From: a virus
Virus record (IMG/VR): IMGVR_UViG_3300032278_000002
Coordinates: 8,682 to 72,681 of that record
Reading direction: 5' to 3' (one strand)
DNA length: 64,000 bases
The notes below the pieces were generated by a model that saw nothing but the letters and a program-made list of their open reading frames with translations, did no database searches and was not told where the DNA came from. Shown here piece after piece: positions 10,270 to 20,066 of the stretch; the first letter of the stretch is position 1, and every line of letters begins with the position of its first letter. The translations under genes and the position numbers were made by a program.

Positions 10270-11833
10270 CGGATCCTATTGTGATTAGTTCATCTTCGTA
10301 GTCTGCATGTGAAACAATTTCACCCGCAGTCGTCATTTCATAGCACGCTATCGCGTAAGTCAAGGCGTCAAAGGTGTGTACGTGCTGAGACCGTCGGGGC
10401 TTGAACGGAAGCCGGGGGTCATACTTGTCAACCTTGGGTTTTTCCGACTCCAAGAACATAAGCATTTTTCGCACTTTCGTGCAATGCGCGGATATCAAAA
10501 TAGATTCCTGAAGAAGCTTGGCTTGCAGCATTCGCACGCGGGCCTCGACCGAACCGGGGAACTTGGGGGCCGGGCGAAACATAATCTTGAACGACGGCTC
10601 CTCAAACGACTCGGAAACGCGCTCGGAAATCCTTTCAACGTCCAAATGGTCGTAAGTTCCACTGGCGGCGCGAAATTGATTGAACGCCGAATTGTCGGAA
10701 CAATGGTCCCAAGCGAACACGGTGTCCATCCGCTCGTTCCAGAAATTCATGCGCCGGACGACGTTGGGAACTAGTTGCTCATAAGAGATTTTGCGCTGGT
10801 GGTATACCATCTCGTCGAAAATCACCCATACCATCTTATCTTTCAGAGGTATGTTTTGCATGAACACGATGGCATTGCACACCTGACCGAGGTCATACCC
10901 CACGATGACTGGATAAGCGGGGTTCGGGAGTAGCCGTTTCTGCAAGCCGTCTCCCCGCATGTGAAGTTGCTCGAAAAAGAAATCTTTGAATATAGCGTCG
11001 CCCGACGGTCTATCCACCCATTTGCCCTCCACCAGCCGCTGATAGTCAATGGGGTCATTGGAAACCGCATCCATCACCCGGTCATAATAATCCGAAGGTA
11101 TGTTTTGCATGTTCTCGGATATGGGGACGTGGAACACGTCAAAATCCGGTCTCTCCCCCTCCTTGTTCAACCCCCGTTCGAAAAACAACTCGTAGCACCA
11201 GTGCGAGGGCCCCTCCGGATTGCAAGACGCGCAATATTGCTGAGGAACCTGCGCGCCCTTCTTCCGGCCCACTTGCTGCACCATGGCGTCATAATAGGAA
11301 GGCCCTTCCATGGAAGTTATTTCATCGACGTATATCATGGAAGGCTCGATCCCCTTTACGCGCGGGGCCACCTGCTCCTCGTGGGGGAGGGACATGAGGA
11401 ATATCTTGCTCCATCCTCCGTGCCGATTCTCGATGAAAACATACCGGCACCTCATCTCATCCATCTTTTCCTCGGATGTCTTAAGACCCAAGCCCCGCTC
11501 CCACTGCGGTAAAACGTCATATATCAAGTTGGTCCAAACCCCTCCGTTAGTGGCCATGGACCTGACTTTCACCACAATCATCACCAAGGCGTTGAAGCCT
11601 TCGTAGCAATGGCGGATTATCTTGTGCAGAAACCCAACGGACTTCCCGGAGGCACGCTCCCCATATGCGAACACGTTCTTCTTGTTGGAATCAAATATCT
11701 CCCACTGAGTCGGGTTTAGAGAGGGCGTCCACGAATCTGTCGAGCCCGGCGTCGTCGACCCCTCCTCCTCCTGATGGAGGAGGTCGTTTAGCTCTTCGAC
11801 CACGTCGTCGGTTAACTTTAGTTTTTTTGCCAT
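10262..11833 (-). CDS. terL: Terminase large subunit
   Basis: Q motif (LNPTQ), Walker A GERASGKS, Walker B IYVDE, SCNP coupling motif, nuclease VGYDLG and HTFDALTY. Confidence 0.93.
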   Translation of the reverse strand: MAKKLKLTDDVVEELNDLLHQEEEGSTTPGSTDSWTPSLNPTQWEIFDSNKKNVFAYGERASGKSVGFLHKIIRHCYEGFNALVMIVVKVRSMATNGGVWTNLIYDVLPQWERGLGLKTSEEKMDEMRCRYVFIENRHGGWSKIFLMSLPHEEQVAPRVKGIEPSMIYVDEITSMEGPSYYDAMVQQVGRKKGAQVPQQYCASCNPEGPSHWCYELFFERGLNKEGERPDFDVFHVPISENMQNIPSDYYDRVMDAVSNDPIDYQRLVEGKWVDRPSGDAIFKDFFFEQLHMRGDGLQKRLLPNPAYPVIVGYDLGQVCNAIVFMQNIPLKDKMVWVIFDEMVYHQRKISYEQLVPNVVRRMNFWNERMDTVFAWDHCSDNSAFNQFRAASGTYDHLDVERISERVSESFEEPSFKIMFRPAPKFPGSVEARVRMLQAKLLQESILISAHCTKVRKMLMFLESEKPKVDKYDPRLPFKPRRSQHVHTFDALTYAIACYEMTTAGEIVSHADYEDELITIGSDG

Positions 11834-11943
11834 ACTGAATCAAGTCATGCTCCGGGGGGTCCAGCCCCCGGCGGTGCCAAAAACTAAGGTACTTCTCATT
11901 AAGGTACTTCTTGAAGCGGTTTGACGTAACGGGGGCATACGCG

Positions 11944-12606
11944 TCAGGATGAAGTTCCCTTTCCATCTTCAGGCAAAGGTTTGAATCCGGGCTTGTTCGA
12001 GGTACCGCTCCCGTCCGACAAAAGCTTGGTCATGGCTACGGTCCCGCTCAAGATATTGTTGTAGCCCTTGAACATTTGATCGATGCACGCATTGTACGCT
12101 CGTTGCCATGTCACCTTATCTTTTGAGTTCAAATTTTTATTTTGCAAGTATGTTTTGTCGATGTGTTCGGCCTTCTCGAAAAGCGCTACCGTGGAATACG
12201 TGACCAATCGCTGCGCGATATCCAAAGACCCCACCAAGAATCGACCGGCGGACTTCTCAAATCCCCCCAGCCCCTTCAACTTGTCGACGGTTTCCGGGGC
12301 GATGCCATTCCTCTCCAGCCCATCAGCTATGATATCCAGATTGTTAAGCTGCACGGCGTCTATCAACTCTCCCTGAGGAACATCGTCGCTCCGCTCCCGA
12401 GTCATGAGGGAGGCCACGGTCAGGTTGTGGAGATCGGCATTTGGGGAAAACAAGGCACGCAGCTTCTTGTCGTCCAAGATCCTATCCCGCAAAGTAGTAG
12501 TCGCTATGCCCAGTTCGGCAGCGGCCTTGGGCACGTCACAGCCAAACTTATTCAAGGCGTCCGTTATTGCCTTACGAGTCGGTGACTTTTCTTTTGACGC
12601 GGGCAT
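11944..12606 (-). CDS. Probable terminase small subunit
   Basis: N-terminal HTH (DVPKAAAELGIATTTLRDRI) plus helical body, upstream of TerL. Confidence 0.55.
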   Translation of the reverse strand: MPASKEKSPTRKAITDALNKFGCDVPKAAAELGIATTTLRDRILDDKKLRALFSPNADLHNLTVASLMTRERSDDVPQGELIDAVQLNNLDIIADGLERNGIAPETVDKLKGLGGFEKSAGRFLVGSLDIAQRLVTYSTVALFEKAEHIDKTYLQNKNLNSKDKVTWQRAYNACIDQMFKGYNNILSGTVAMTKLLSDGSGTSNKPGFKPLPEDGKGTSS

Positions 12607-13021
12607 CGCAAATTTCAGAGTACCTCTTGTTCCTATAGCTGGCGATAGTTTTATGGACGGTTACGAGGCTGCTCTTCAAGAACTTAAGGCGTCTGGAATA
12701 TTCAACTATTTCCCCCCGAGCCTTATCGTGAAGCTCAGCTTTCCTAGCATTCACGTCATCCACCAAAGCCTTTCGCTCGTCCCGAAGCGACACATATTGG
12801 TCGTAAACCCTCTGCAACTTGTTGTCAAACTTCTGTAAGTCAGTCAAAAGCTCGGCGTACTCCTTGCCCTTGGACGCAGCAGAGTCCAAATTGGACTGGC
12901 ATTCGGTTTCTTGAGAAGTCAAGCCATCGCGTTCGCGGACCAACTCGACGTAATCAATCTCTTGACCAATCAGATCTTCGAAATCTTTTTTTCTTAAAAC
13001 TCTCAGGTATCTCATTTTCAT
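12572..13021 (-). CDS. Coiled-coil hypothetical protein
   Basis: Start re-assigned to MKMRYL (13021); heptad-rich. Confidence 0.5.
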   Translation of the reverse strand: MKMRYLRVLRKKDFEDLIGQEIDYVELVRERDGLTSQETECQSNLDSAASKGKEYAELLTDLQKFDNKLQRVYDQYVSLRDERKALVDDVNARKAELHDKARGEIVEYSRRLKFLKSSLVTVHKTIASYRNKRYSEICDARVKRKVTDS

Positions 13022-13274
13022 TGTTTTGAAATATAACACGAGCTTGCTCCAGAAGTTCAGCATACTCCTTTTCTCCGACGAACTCCCGGATGAGGATGTC
13101 TTTGATTCTATGGATTTTTTCAGAAGCTTTTCGTGATACCCTTCTGGCGGGATGATGAGATCCTCCGGAGGCAAGGAACTGGAGTCGCTCTTTCTCCGGG
13201 TTATTCTCCCTCCACCTTCTAGCCTTTCGCCGATTGAGTCTCTTTTTGTCATCTTCGATTTCTTCCGGGGTCAT
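12954..13274 (-). CDS. Basic hypothetical protein
   Basis: MTPEEIEDDKKRLNRRKARRWRENNPEK, typical phage basic helix; start uncertain (13274 or 13322). Confidence 0.5.
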   Translation of the reverse strand: MTPEEIEDDKKRLNRRKARRWRENNPEKERLQFLASGGSHHPARRVSRKASEKIHRIKDILIREFVGEKEYAELLEQARVIFQNNENEIPESFKKKRFRRSDWSRD

Positions 13275-13287
13275 CCCCCGGCGTCTC

Positions 13288-13677
13288 TCAACGGTCTCCC
13301 GACGCCTGTCCGTTGCTTGCATTAAAATATTTCTTGATTAGAGGCATGAACACGGACTTCCACTGCGAGCTGTCCTTCAAGTAAGTGAACTTGGGGCCCC
13401 CCTTCTGATTACGGTAAGCAGTCAACCGATTTCGATCGGCGGAATTCTCGGGATCAAAATCGCAAGCGGCGCAAAACGACCTCAATTCTCCCACGGAAAT
13501 CTCGTCCCACGTGCGCGAGTCATAGATAGCGCGTACGCGCGCGAGGGGGATATCCGATACAATGGCTATCTCTTCGTCGGAAATGGCTCTTATTCTTTTA
13601 CCCGTAAGCCGCTTCTTGGCAAAACAGCGAATGAGGTAGGGAGGGTATTCGTCCAAAAGAGCCCAAGTTGTTCGCAT
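13288..13677 (-). CDS. Hypothetical protein, possible HTH
   Basis: 129 aa, ISDEEIAIVSDIPLARVRAI. Confidence 0.55.
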   Translation of the reverse strand: MRTTWALLDEYPPYLIRCFAKKRLTGKRIRAISDEEIAIVSDIPLARVRAIYDSRTWDEISVGELRSFCAACDFDPENSADRNRLTAYRNQKGGPKFTYLKDSSQWKSVFMPLIKKYFNASNGQASGDR

Positions 13678-13696
13678 GGACTATTTTTAAAAAGAA

Positions 13697-14956
13697 CTAT
13701 GAGAAAAAGTCAAGGTCTGAATCCAACAACTTGTTGAGGTTATCGATCTTAGCCTCAACCTTCTTCTTCACATTCTCCTCGATGGTGCCGGCAGCTATCA
13801 CTATGCGCTGCACCGCAGGGCTCTTCGAACCCACTCTGTTGATCCTCCCCAAAGCCTGAACCAAATCCACGGCCGAATAAGAAGGAGAGACCAGCGCCAC
13901 ACGCGGCCGGCCGCGCGTGTCGTGTAGAGATATCCCCACGCCCCCGCACTGAATTTGGCATATGATCACTTTTTCATGATTGGTCTGGAAAAGCTCTATG
14001 TTCAGGGTTCGTTCGTCCGCGGACTGATCCCCGGTAACCAAACAAGGGGTGCCCAAGTTATTAGCCAGCTGGCGAATGCTTTCAGTGAAATTCAGAAAGA
14101 CGGCCACCGAGTTCCCGGTATTGAGGTAATCTCGAGCTAATTCAGTTATGGCAGGCACCTTCATCAACTCCACCGTCTGCCGAGCGCGCAATTGGTCGAC
14201 TATAGGTAATGCCATGTCTTCCTTTCGGATCAAGGATAGTTCATCGAGGGCAGCTTGAATTTGCTTGGTTTTGCCGGTTTCCACCGAAAGGGCCTTGATT
14301 TGATTCTTCGGAAACCCCGGTATGTCAGTAGTGAGCTCGCGGTGCCCATGGTCGGGGAACAGTTTTTCATGAAGACGCTTTAACGCTTTGACGCCTCCTT
14401 TGAACTCAAAGCCGAAAGTCCCGCGGCGGACTCCGTGCTGATGCATCCAGTGAAACCAGTCGGAGCTGCCGTCATGGAAGCCTAAGACCATGCCGACCGC
14501 GTACATATCCATGGGGCTAGTAGCTATCGTCGCCGACATCATGAGGACCCTACAGTCAGTCCGAGTCAAAGCCGTCAACATCTTGGAATTCTGGGTTTTC
14601 CAGTTCTTACACCGGTGAACTTCGTCCCATATGAACAAGCACTTGGGGGGTAGTTTCCACTTGTACTTTCGATTTTTGACAAGCCATCCCCCAAAGTCAA
14701 AGGCGGGACTCTTCACTTTTTCCGGATTTTTTATGAAAAAAGTTTTAACCCCGCATGCTTGAGCGGTTCTCTCCCAATCCGGAATGATGGTCTTGGGACA
14801 CACGACCGCGATAGGCAAATTAAGCTTCTTGGCCACCAAACAGGCCACGACGGTCTTACCGTACCCGGTGCCGGAAGCCTCGAGCGCGACCTTGTTCTTG
14901 GACAGGATCCTGTACAACTCGTCGAACCCCCGCTGCTGAAAAGGATATAATTTCAT
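13697..14956 (-). CDS. SF2 (SNF2-like) helicase
   Basis: LYPFQ, GTGYGKT, WDEVH, SAT, GGVGISL, QALGRINRVG. Confidence 0.9.
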   Translation of the reverse strand: MKLYPFQQRGFDELYRILSKNKVALEASGTGYGKTVVACLVAKKLNLPIAVVCPKTIIPDWERTAQACGVKTFFIKNPEKVKSPAFDFGGWLVKNRKYKWKLPPKCLFIWDEVHRCKNWKTQNSKMLTALTRTDCRVLMMSATIATSPMDMYAVGMVLGFHDGSSDWFHWMHQHGVRRGTFGFEFKGGVKALKRLHEKLFPDHGHRELTTDIPGFPKNQIKALSVETGKTKQIQAALDELSLIRKEDMALPIVDQLRARQTVELMKVPAITELARDYLNTGNSVAVFLNFTESIRQLANNLGTPCLVTGDQSADERTLNIELFQTNHEKVIICQIQCGGVGISLHDTRGRPRVALVSPSYSAVDLVQALGRINRVGSKSPAVQRIVIAAGTIEENVKKKVEAKIDNLNKLLDSDLDFFS

Positions 14957-14981
14957 TTCCTACACATTCCTACACATAAAA

Positions 14982-15039
14982 GGCGAGGGGGCGGGCGCTA
15001 ACCCGCAACTGCGTCTACCCCTAAACGCATCCCCCCGCC
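14982..15039 (-). terminator. Three-way-junction RNA element/terminator
   Basis: Minus strand: GGCGGGGGG/CCCCUCGCC stem enclosing two hairpins, followed by UUUU; G-U pairs fix the strand. Confidence 0.5.
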
Positions 15040-15060
15040 AAAGTGTCGTTTCAACTAACA

Positions 15061-16479
15061 TCAACTAACATCCGGGTTGTATATCTTGTATCCACGGCCG
15101 CCGCTGGTCCTCGGGAGTCGAGTAACATGCTCTGGAGCAGACTTGGTCAGGAGCCCCATCAACTTGCCCATTTTACGACTGTCCTTTATTCCCAAGACGT
15201 CAAACTCCGTGGCTGCCTGCAACTGCAGCTTAGCCATGGCCTCAGAGGCGGATCCCGTCCAATCCGGTTCCTCTTGCCAATTGGTGCTGGCGGCCTTACC
15301 GGCTATCCTAGTTTTAGGGGACCCCCGGAAGAGGTATTTCCTCATAACCACCCAAAGCGCGGTGTGGTCCTCGTTGTCTTCTATCTCAAACTCGGCATCG
15401 GAGTTCATGTAGCTGGCTTGTCCAAAGCGCACACAGGGATTCTTTATCTTAAACTTGTCGAGGAAATAGGCGAAAGCAGGCAACTCGTTGATTAAATTGC
15501 TGTCCAGTTGTTCCTGTTCTTCGTCCGTGTCGTTCTTCAAACGACCCTTGAACTGTATGGGAGTGGACTTCATGACTATGAGTTTGTCGCGGGTCTCCTC
15601 CAAGGAAGGAAGACATCGCATGGAATTGTCCGTGTTATTGACCAAAAACACTATTCGGTTGAATAACCTAGCCGACGTGAAGGACACCGCCTTCTCGTAC
15701 TTGTCATGGTATTGGAACCCTTTCCCGGCGATAGCGTTCTTTATGTTCTCGCTCATCGTCAGCCTCTTGTCCAAGTCCATCGAGCCTCCGCGGTCATCCA
15801 CAAGCCACATCTCGTTTCCTATGAGATCCCCGTTTCTATCAGACTGTCCCGACAGGAACGGAACCGGATTAAAGCAGGTCCTCCCGATCAACGGCCCCAA
15901 TATGGCCGAAGTAAAGAAAGTTTTCCCATCGTTAGGCTCTCCCTTGAGGATAAATGCCTGCCCGGGGCGAAACCGCTGGTTGTCCAACGATTTCCTCAGG
16001 GAGGCCCTGCTACACTTCAGCCAACCGTAGAAATTATCCATTTGGCCGGAGTGTCCTCCGATAAGCTGCTCTATCAGTTCCCTTATGGTATCCCACTTGC
16101 CCGGTGCGGGCTTTATGTAAATGGGCTCGCTGTCCACAAGCACCCTCTGGTCTCCAAACTCATACACCCCCTTGCGCTTCCCGGAAATAGGAAGCTTGCC
16201 GTTGACCACGTTATTGAGCCGTATGGAACGGAGCATGCGACGGCCTAAGCCGGGCTTGCTTTCCGAACCGGGGGCCAAAGAGTAATCGAACAACAGATTC
16301 TGCAAAACATCGGCCTTCGCCATCTTCATGAGCTGCGTAACTCCCCTCGGGTCCTTGAAGAGATGGTACAAAGCTCCGTCCTGATGCACGAAGTACTCCG
16401 CTAGCACCGCGGCTTGCTTGGTCGCAACCTTGGAATTGGCCGCCGCGTTCTTGACCTTCTTGATGTTAGCTTTCTTCAA
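15061..16479 (-). CDS. SF3/D5-like helicase (DUF5906-like), primase partner
   Basis: Walker A GEPNDGKT, Walker B WLVDD, motif C FLVNN; TTG start preceded by GGGGGA. Confidence 0.8.
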   Translation of the reverse strand: MKKANIKKVKNAAANSKVATKQAAVLAEYFVHQDGALYHLFKDPRGVTQLMKMAKADVLQNLLFDYSLAPGSESKPGLGRRMLRSIRLNNVVNGKLPISGKRKGVYEFGDQRVLVDSEPIYIKPAPGKWDTIRELIEQLIGGHSGQMDNFYGWLKCSRASLRKSLDNQRFRPGQAFILKGEPNDGKTFFTSAILGPLIGRTCFNPVPFLSGQSDRNGDLIGNEMWLVDDRGGSMDLDKRLTMSENIKNAIAGKGFQYHDKYEKAVSFTSARLFNRIVFLVNNTDNSMRCLPSLEETRDKLIVMKSTPIQFKGRLKNDTDEEQEQLDSNLINELPAFAYFLDKFKIKNPCVRFGQASYMNSDAEFEIEDNEDHTALWVVMRKYLFRGSPKTRIAGKAASTNWQEEPDWTGSASEAMAKLQLQAATEFDVLGIKDSRKMGKLMGLLTKSAPEHVTRLPRTSGGRGYKIYNPDVS

Positions 16480-17416
16480 CGCCGTCCCCCGGTTCTTCCT
16501 TTACGTACAAGAGTTGCTGCTCCTTCTTTCCCCGAAAGGAATAAGGCAGCCGAGTCAAACGAACCGGGGTGAGGGAGTTGGGGTCCGCGCCACTCATGAC
16601 CAACGGTTCGTAAAGGCTGTTTACCATGCTATCAAATTCCCGAGAAGTTTCCGTTCCCAAATCAACGATGGCGTGCACGCTTTTGCCGCCGGACGTCACA
16701 ATTGATTTTATCGCCAACGGGAGAGTTATCAAGTATTTCAACCAATATTCGGTGATATTGGGGTAATCATGGTCACACTCCAGCACTAAATGGCGGAAAT
16801 CAGTGACACAATCCTTTGACCGCCACGACCCCTTGACGGCCTCTCCCTTCACCGGGTTGTTGAGGAAAAACACACCTTCTTCGCCACCGGGCACCCTGTG
16901 TGAATGTGGGGGCTTCTTGAAATCACGGGGGTAAAACAAATCCTTTTTGTAGCGGGCGCTCCTTAAGATGCAGGCGGTTTCGTCCGTCCGGAAAAGTTTG
17001 GATAGGAACTCCGCCACCGTGTGGCAGGAGTCCGTGTGTTTATCCAAGATTTTATAGGGATCCCCGACTCCATCGACCTGGTCTTCCAGACACTCGAAGT
17101 CAAAATCCACCGCAGGCCGCTTGGGCCGGGCGTTCCTCTCCAGCGGATCTAGGGCGAGGAACTCTTTCGCACGCTCTATAGAGCGGGAGGTTTCTTCGGC
17201 AAGCTTGGCTTCGTCACTTCTCGCTGACAGCGTTCGCACAATGCCTCGGATGTCGGACTCATCCACACCGCTTGCCATAAGCGAGATAACAGTCCGGTAA
17301 TTCCAAGCATTACAGCCTTGGCCGTCCGGCGGACTACCCTCCACCAAACCTTCCTGCAACATAATTTCTGCGAGTGACTCTCCGGGCTTATTTTCATAGG
17401 TTGTTTCATGATTCAT
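16466..17416 (-). CDS. AEP-family primase (RepB-like)
   Basis: LVLECD, TSGGKSVHA, D..PVRLTRLP motifs. Confidence 0.85.
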   Translation of the reverse strand: MNHETTYENKPGESLAEIMLQEGLVEGSPPDGQGCNAWNYRTVISLMASGVDESDIRGIVRTLSARSDEAKLAEETSRSIERAKEFLALDPLERNARPKRPAVDFDFECLEDQVDGVGDPYKILDKHTDSCHTVAEFLSKLFRTDETACILRSARYKKDLFYPRDFKKPPHSHRVPGGEEGVFFLNNPVKGEAVKGSWRSKDCVTDFRHLVLECDHDYPNITEYWLKYLITLPLAIKSIVTSGGKSVHAIVDLGTETSREFDSMVNSLYEPLVMSGADPNSLTPVRLTRLPYSFRGKKEQQLLYVKEEPGDGVEES

Positions 17417-19191
17417 TTTTGGTATCTTGTTGTCAGGATCCCATCACAGTCCAGAGGCAGCCCGTGGATCCAGTCCGGTGTCTCCCTCATTATCTCCTTT
17501 ATTTTATTCAAATCCTCCTCGTCGTCCACTTCGACGACCACCTCGTCGTGAACGTGCATGACCACCGAGAAATGTTTCTCCACTTCCAGTATAGCGTCTC
17601 GGAGGCAATCCCTCGCAGTGGCTTGCACTAAATTCTCAGTGAGCTTGCCTCCGTAAAACTTGTACCGAACGGCATTCATGGTGGTGCAGGCTCGATAGTC
17701 ATAACCGAAGCGCTTCCCGGCTTCCCTAGTTATGGCAAAGTAGTTGAGGACTCTTCCCGAAGGTAATTCTATCGAGTAGTCTCCGTTCAGGGACCGGCGG
17801 AACGCCTTGTCCAAGGACTTCCACAACCTTATTATAAGCGGGTTGTTCTGCCGGTAATCGGAAACAACTTCCGAGGCTTCCTCAATGGATATATCCAACC
17901 CGGCGAGTATCTTGGCCACATCCACGAACTTCGCAGCTCCGCACCCAAACCCCAAACCAAGGCTACGGGCCTTCGCCAAAGCATAGAGCTCGGGATCTTC
18001 TTTCTTCAAGTTATTGCCCTCCCACCCCATGGTGACTTCCGCGTGGGCTTGGTAGGGAGAGGTGGTCTTGCATTTGTCCAAGAACTCGTGGTCTCCGGAC
18101 AACGAGTGGATGACCCGGCATTCGATCTGGCTGTAATCCACGATGGCGAACTTCTTGCCCGGCTGAGGGACTATCAGACTTCGTATGTTAACGGAAGTCC
18201 GCCCCGCCTTGACTGGGTCTCTGTGCAAATTCTGCATGTTAAGCCCGCCGGCTCCACTCCAACGCCCGGTGTGGGCACCGAAATAAAACAACCCGTATTC
18301 CATGCGCCGGATATCTCCGGTTCCCTCGCACCTGATCAAAATAGTTTCCACGGTTTTCAACAACTTGTTGTATTTCCTCCAAAGCTGGACCGCCTTGACG
18401 AACGGCGCGCTCTCGCCGTAAGTGTCGAACCAGAGCTCAAACTTAGGGTCCTTGGCATTCGTCGTCTTGGGTTTGGGTATTCCGGCCGTCTCGCAGGCAA
18501 TGGCTATTTGCTTCGGGGAGGTCACGGGGACGGGTTTCCCCTTGGGAGTCTTGGTTCCAGCCCAAGGGATTGTCTTTTGCACCCGCTTCAAGGCCGCTTT
18601 CAGCGCTTTTTGGTAGGTCTTCGCACGTGCGTAATCTATATAAACTCCGCGTTCGCACATGGACAAGGTGTGGAGGGATATGGACTTTTCCTTGTCCGGC
18701 CACTGGGAGTGAAACTTGTTCCAGAATTTAAAACAAATCTGGGAGTCCAAGAGAGCATACTCTTTCCAGATTTCTTTCTGGTCGTCGTCCAGTGTGCTGT
18801 AGTGCACTCCTTTCATGTTATCTCGGACATCCTTGCTCATCTTGTTGCCAAAAGCATTCTCGGAAGCAGTCGCAAGAGCTCGGCCCGCACACAAGAAGAC
18901 CGAAAGATGGGAGGCGTCGTGCCAAACCTTGGGCATTACGCCGATCTTCTTCAACTCGACAAACCGGCGATGGACAGCGCGATCAAACCCGGTGTTCCAA
19001 GAAACCCACTCGAGGTCGGCTACCTGCTCCCAGTCAAAATCTTCCGGGGGGCCGGAATACTCTATCCCATCAGCTACTACTGATACGAGGGGGGATTCGA
19101 ACCTCGGGTCGAGGACGTATTTCCTCGGGCCAAGGGTCCTGACGGAATAATCCTCCGAATAGAAAGTTTCATAGTCAACGGCGCAATACAC
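17413..19191 (-). CDS. Family A DNA polymerase with 3'-5' exonuclease
   Basis: DYET, WNTGFD, YALLD; HTGRWS, NMQN, DYSQIE, motif B AKARSLGLGFG, ENLVQATARD, HVHDE. Confidence 0.95.
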   Translation of the reverse strand: MYCAVDYETFYSEDYSVRTLGPRKYVLDPRFESPLVSVVADGIEYSGPPEDFDWEQVADLEWVSWNTGFDRAVHRRFVELKKIGVMPKVWHDASHLSVFLCAGRALATASENAFGNKMSKDVRDNMKGVHYSTLDDDQKEIWKEYALLDSQICFKFWNKFHSQWPDKEKSISLHTLSMCERGVYIDYARAKTYQKALKAALKRVQKTIPWAGTKTPKGKPVPVTSPKQIAIACETAGIPKPKTTNAKDPKFELWFDTYGESAPFVKAVQLWRKYNKLLKTVETILIRCEGTGDIRRMEYGLFYFGAHTGRWSGAGGLNMQNLHRDPVKAGRTSVNIRSLIVPQPGKKFAIVDYSQIECRVIHSLSGDHEFLDKCKTTSPYQAHAEVTMGWEGNNLKKEDPELYALAKARSLGLGFGCGAAKFVDVAKILAGLDISIEEASEVVSDYRQNNPLIIRLWKSLDKAFRRSLNGDYSIELPSGRVLNYFAITREAGKRFGYDYRACTTMNAVRYKFYGGKLTENLVQATARDCLRDAILEVEKHFSVVMHVHDEVVVEVDDEEDLNKIKEIMRETPDWIHGLPLDCDGILTTRYQK

Positions 19192-19324
19192 GGTTCTTTC
19201 TGGTAAAAATTAGCTAGAGCGAGGCAAGCCTCGGCATCGACCCCCCGTTCCCGCGCCTGCCAGAACGGGAACGAGGAAGTTGACACCTTTAGGAGGCTCG
19301 CTGATGCGAGCAGTGATGGGAGGA

Positions 19325-20029
19325 TCACAAAATGCAGTGCTCTTCCAAGAACCCCAACATAGCGTCGTCGTGACGGCCCATCGACCGAAGAATCGGGACG
19401 AACCACGACATGGACTTGTTGGAACGGAGCTCGGAGGTGAGGCTCCACTTCCCGCGGTGGACTCCGTCGCGTAGATGTCCGGCCAGCATGGCCGTGGCGA
19501 CGGTGCGACCAACGGTGTTGAAAGCGGAGGACTGAACGATCCAGAGAGCCCTCACGAACCCGACTTCCTTCTTCCCGGTGCCGAAGAAGAGCGTGGCATG
19601 CTCCTTGTCGACGGGAATGAGGACGACCAGCTCGGCTGCCTCCTTGACGCGGCGCTCGGCCTCGAATTCGAGAGAAAACCCCTCTGCCAGAAACTCCTCG
19701 CGGGTATTGAACCTCTTGGGACGGATCTCGGGGTCGAACTCACAGTCCTCCACGAAATACTTGTCCGCGCGAAGCACGGTGATCTCGATGGGTTCCTTGC
19801 CGTCACCGACGCAAAGCTCCTTGTTGAACACAAACCCTCCGGGGTCAAACTCGTTGCCGAGCATTCCAGTTTTCTGAACGAGCGAGAAATAGGGGATCCT
19901 AATGTCCTCTATGTCCCACCCACTTCCGCCGGGGCCATTGTAGGCAGTTATTTCCGCTGCTTTTTCTACCACGATGTCCGTCGTTTCCTCTTCCTTCTTC
20001 GAAGGGCTTTTGAATGATGTCTTAGCCAT
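19325..20029 (-). CDS. Putative single-stranded DNA-binding protein
   Basis: DIRIPYFSLVQKTG N-terminal motif; lies between nuclease and PolA. Confidence 0.55.
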   Translation of the reverse strand: MAKTSFKSPSKKEEETTDIVVEKAAEITAYNGPGGSGWDIEDIRIPYFSLVQKTGMLGNEFDPGGFVFNKELCVGDGKEPIEITVLRADKYFVEDCEFDPEIRPKRFNTREEFLAEGFSLEFEAERRVKEAAELVVLIPVDKEHATLFFGTGKKEVGFVRALWIVQSSAFNTVGRTVATAMLAGHLRDGVHRGKWSLTSELRSNKSMSWFVPILRSMGRHDDAMLGFLEEHCIL

Positions 20030-20066
20030 AGTTTTTTTGTAGTTTAGTATTATTGTTGATAGTAAA

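Noticed and set aside
11691-11966. 91-aa ORF between TerS and TerL
   Set aside because: Nearly half overlaps TerL out of frame; may be real but unsupported
16466-16479. Programmed frameshift fusing primase and helicase
   Set aside because: No slippery heptamer; the helicase has its own SD-like GGGGGA and TTG start
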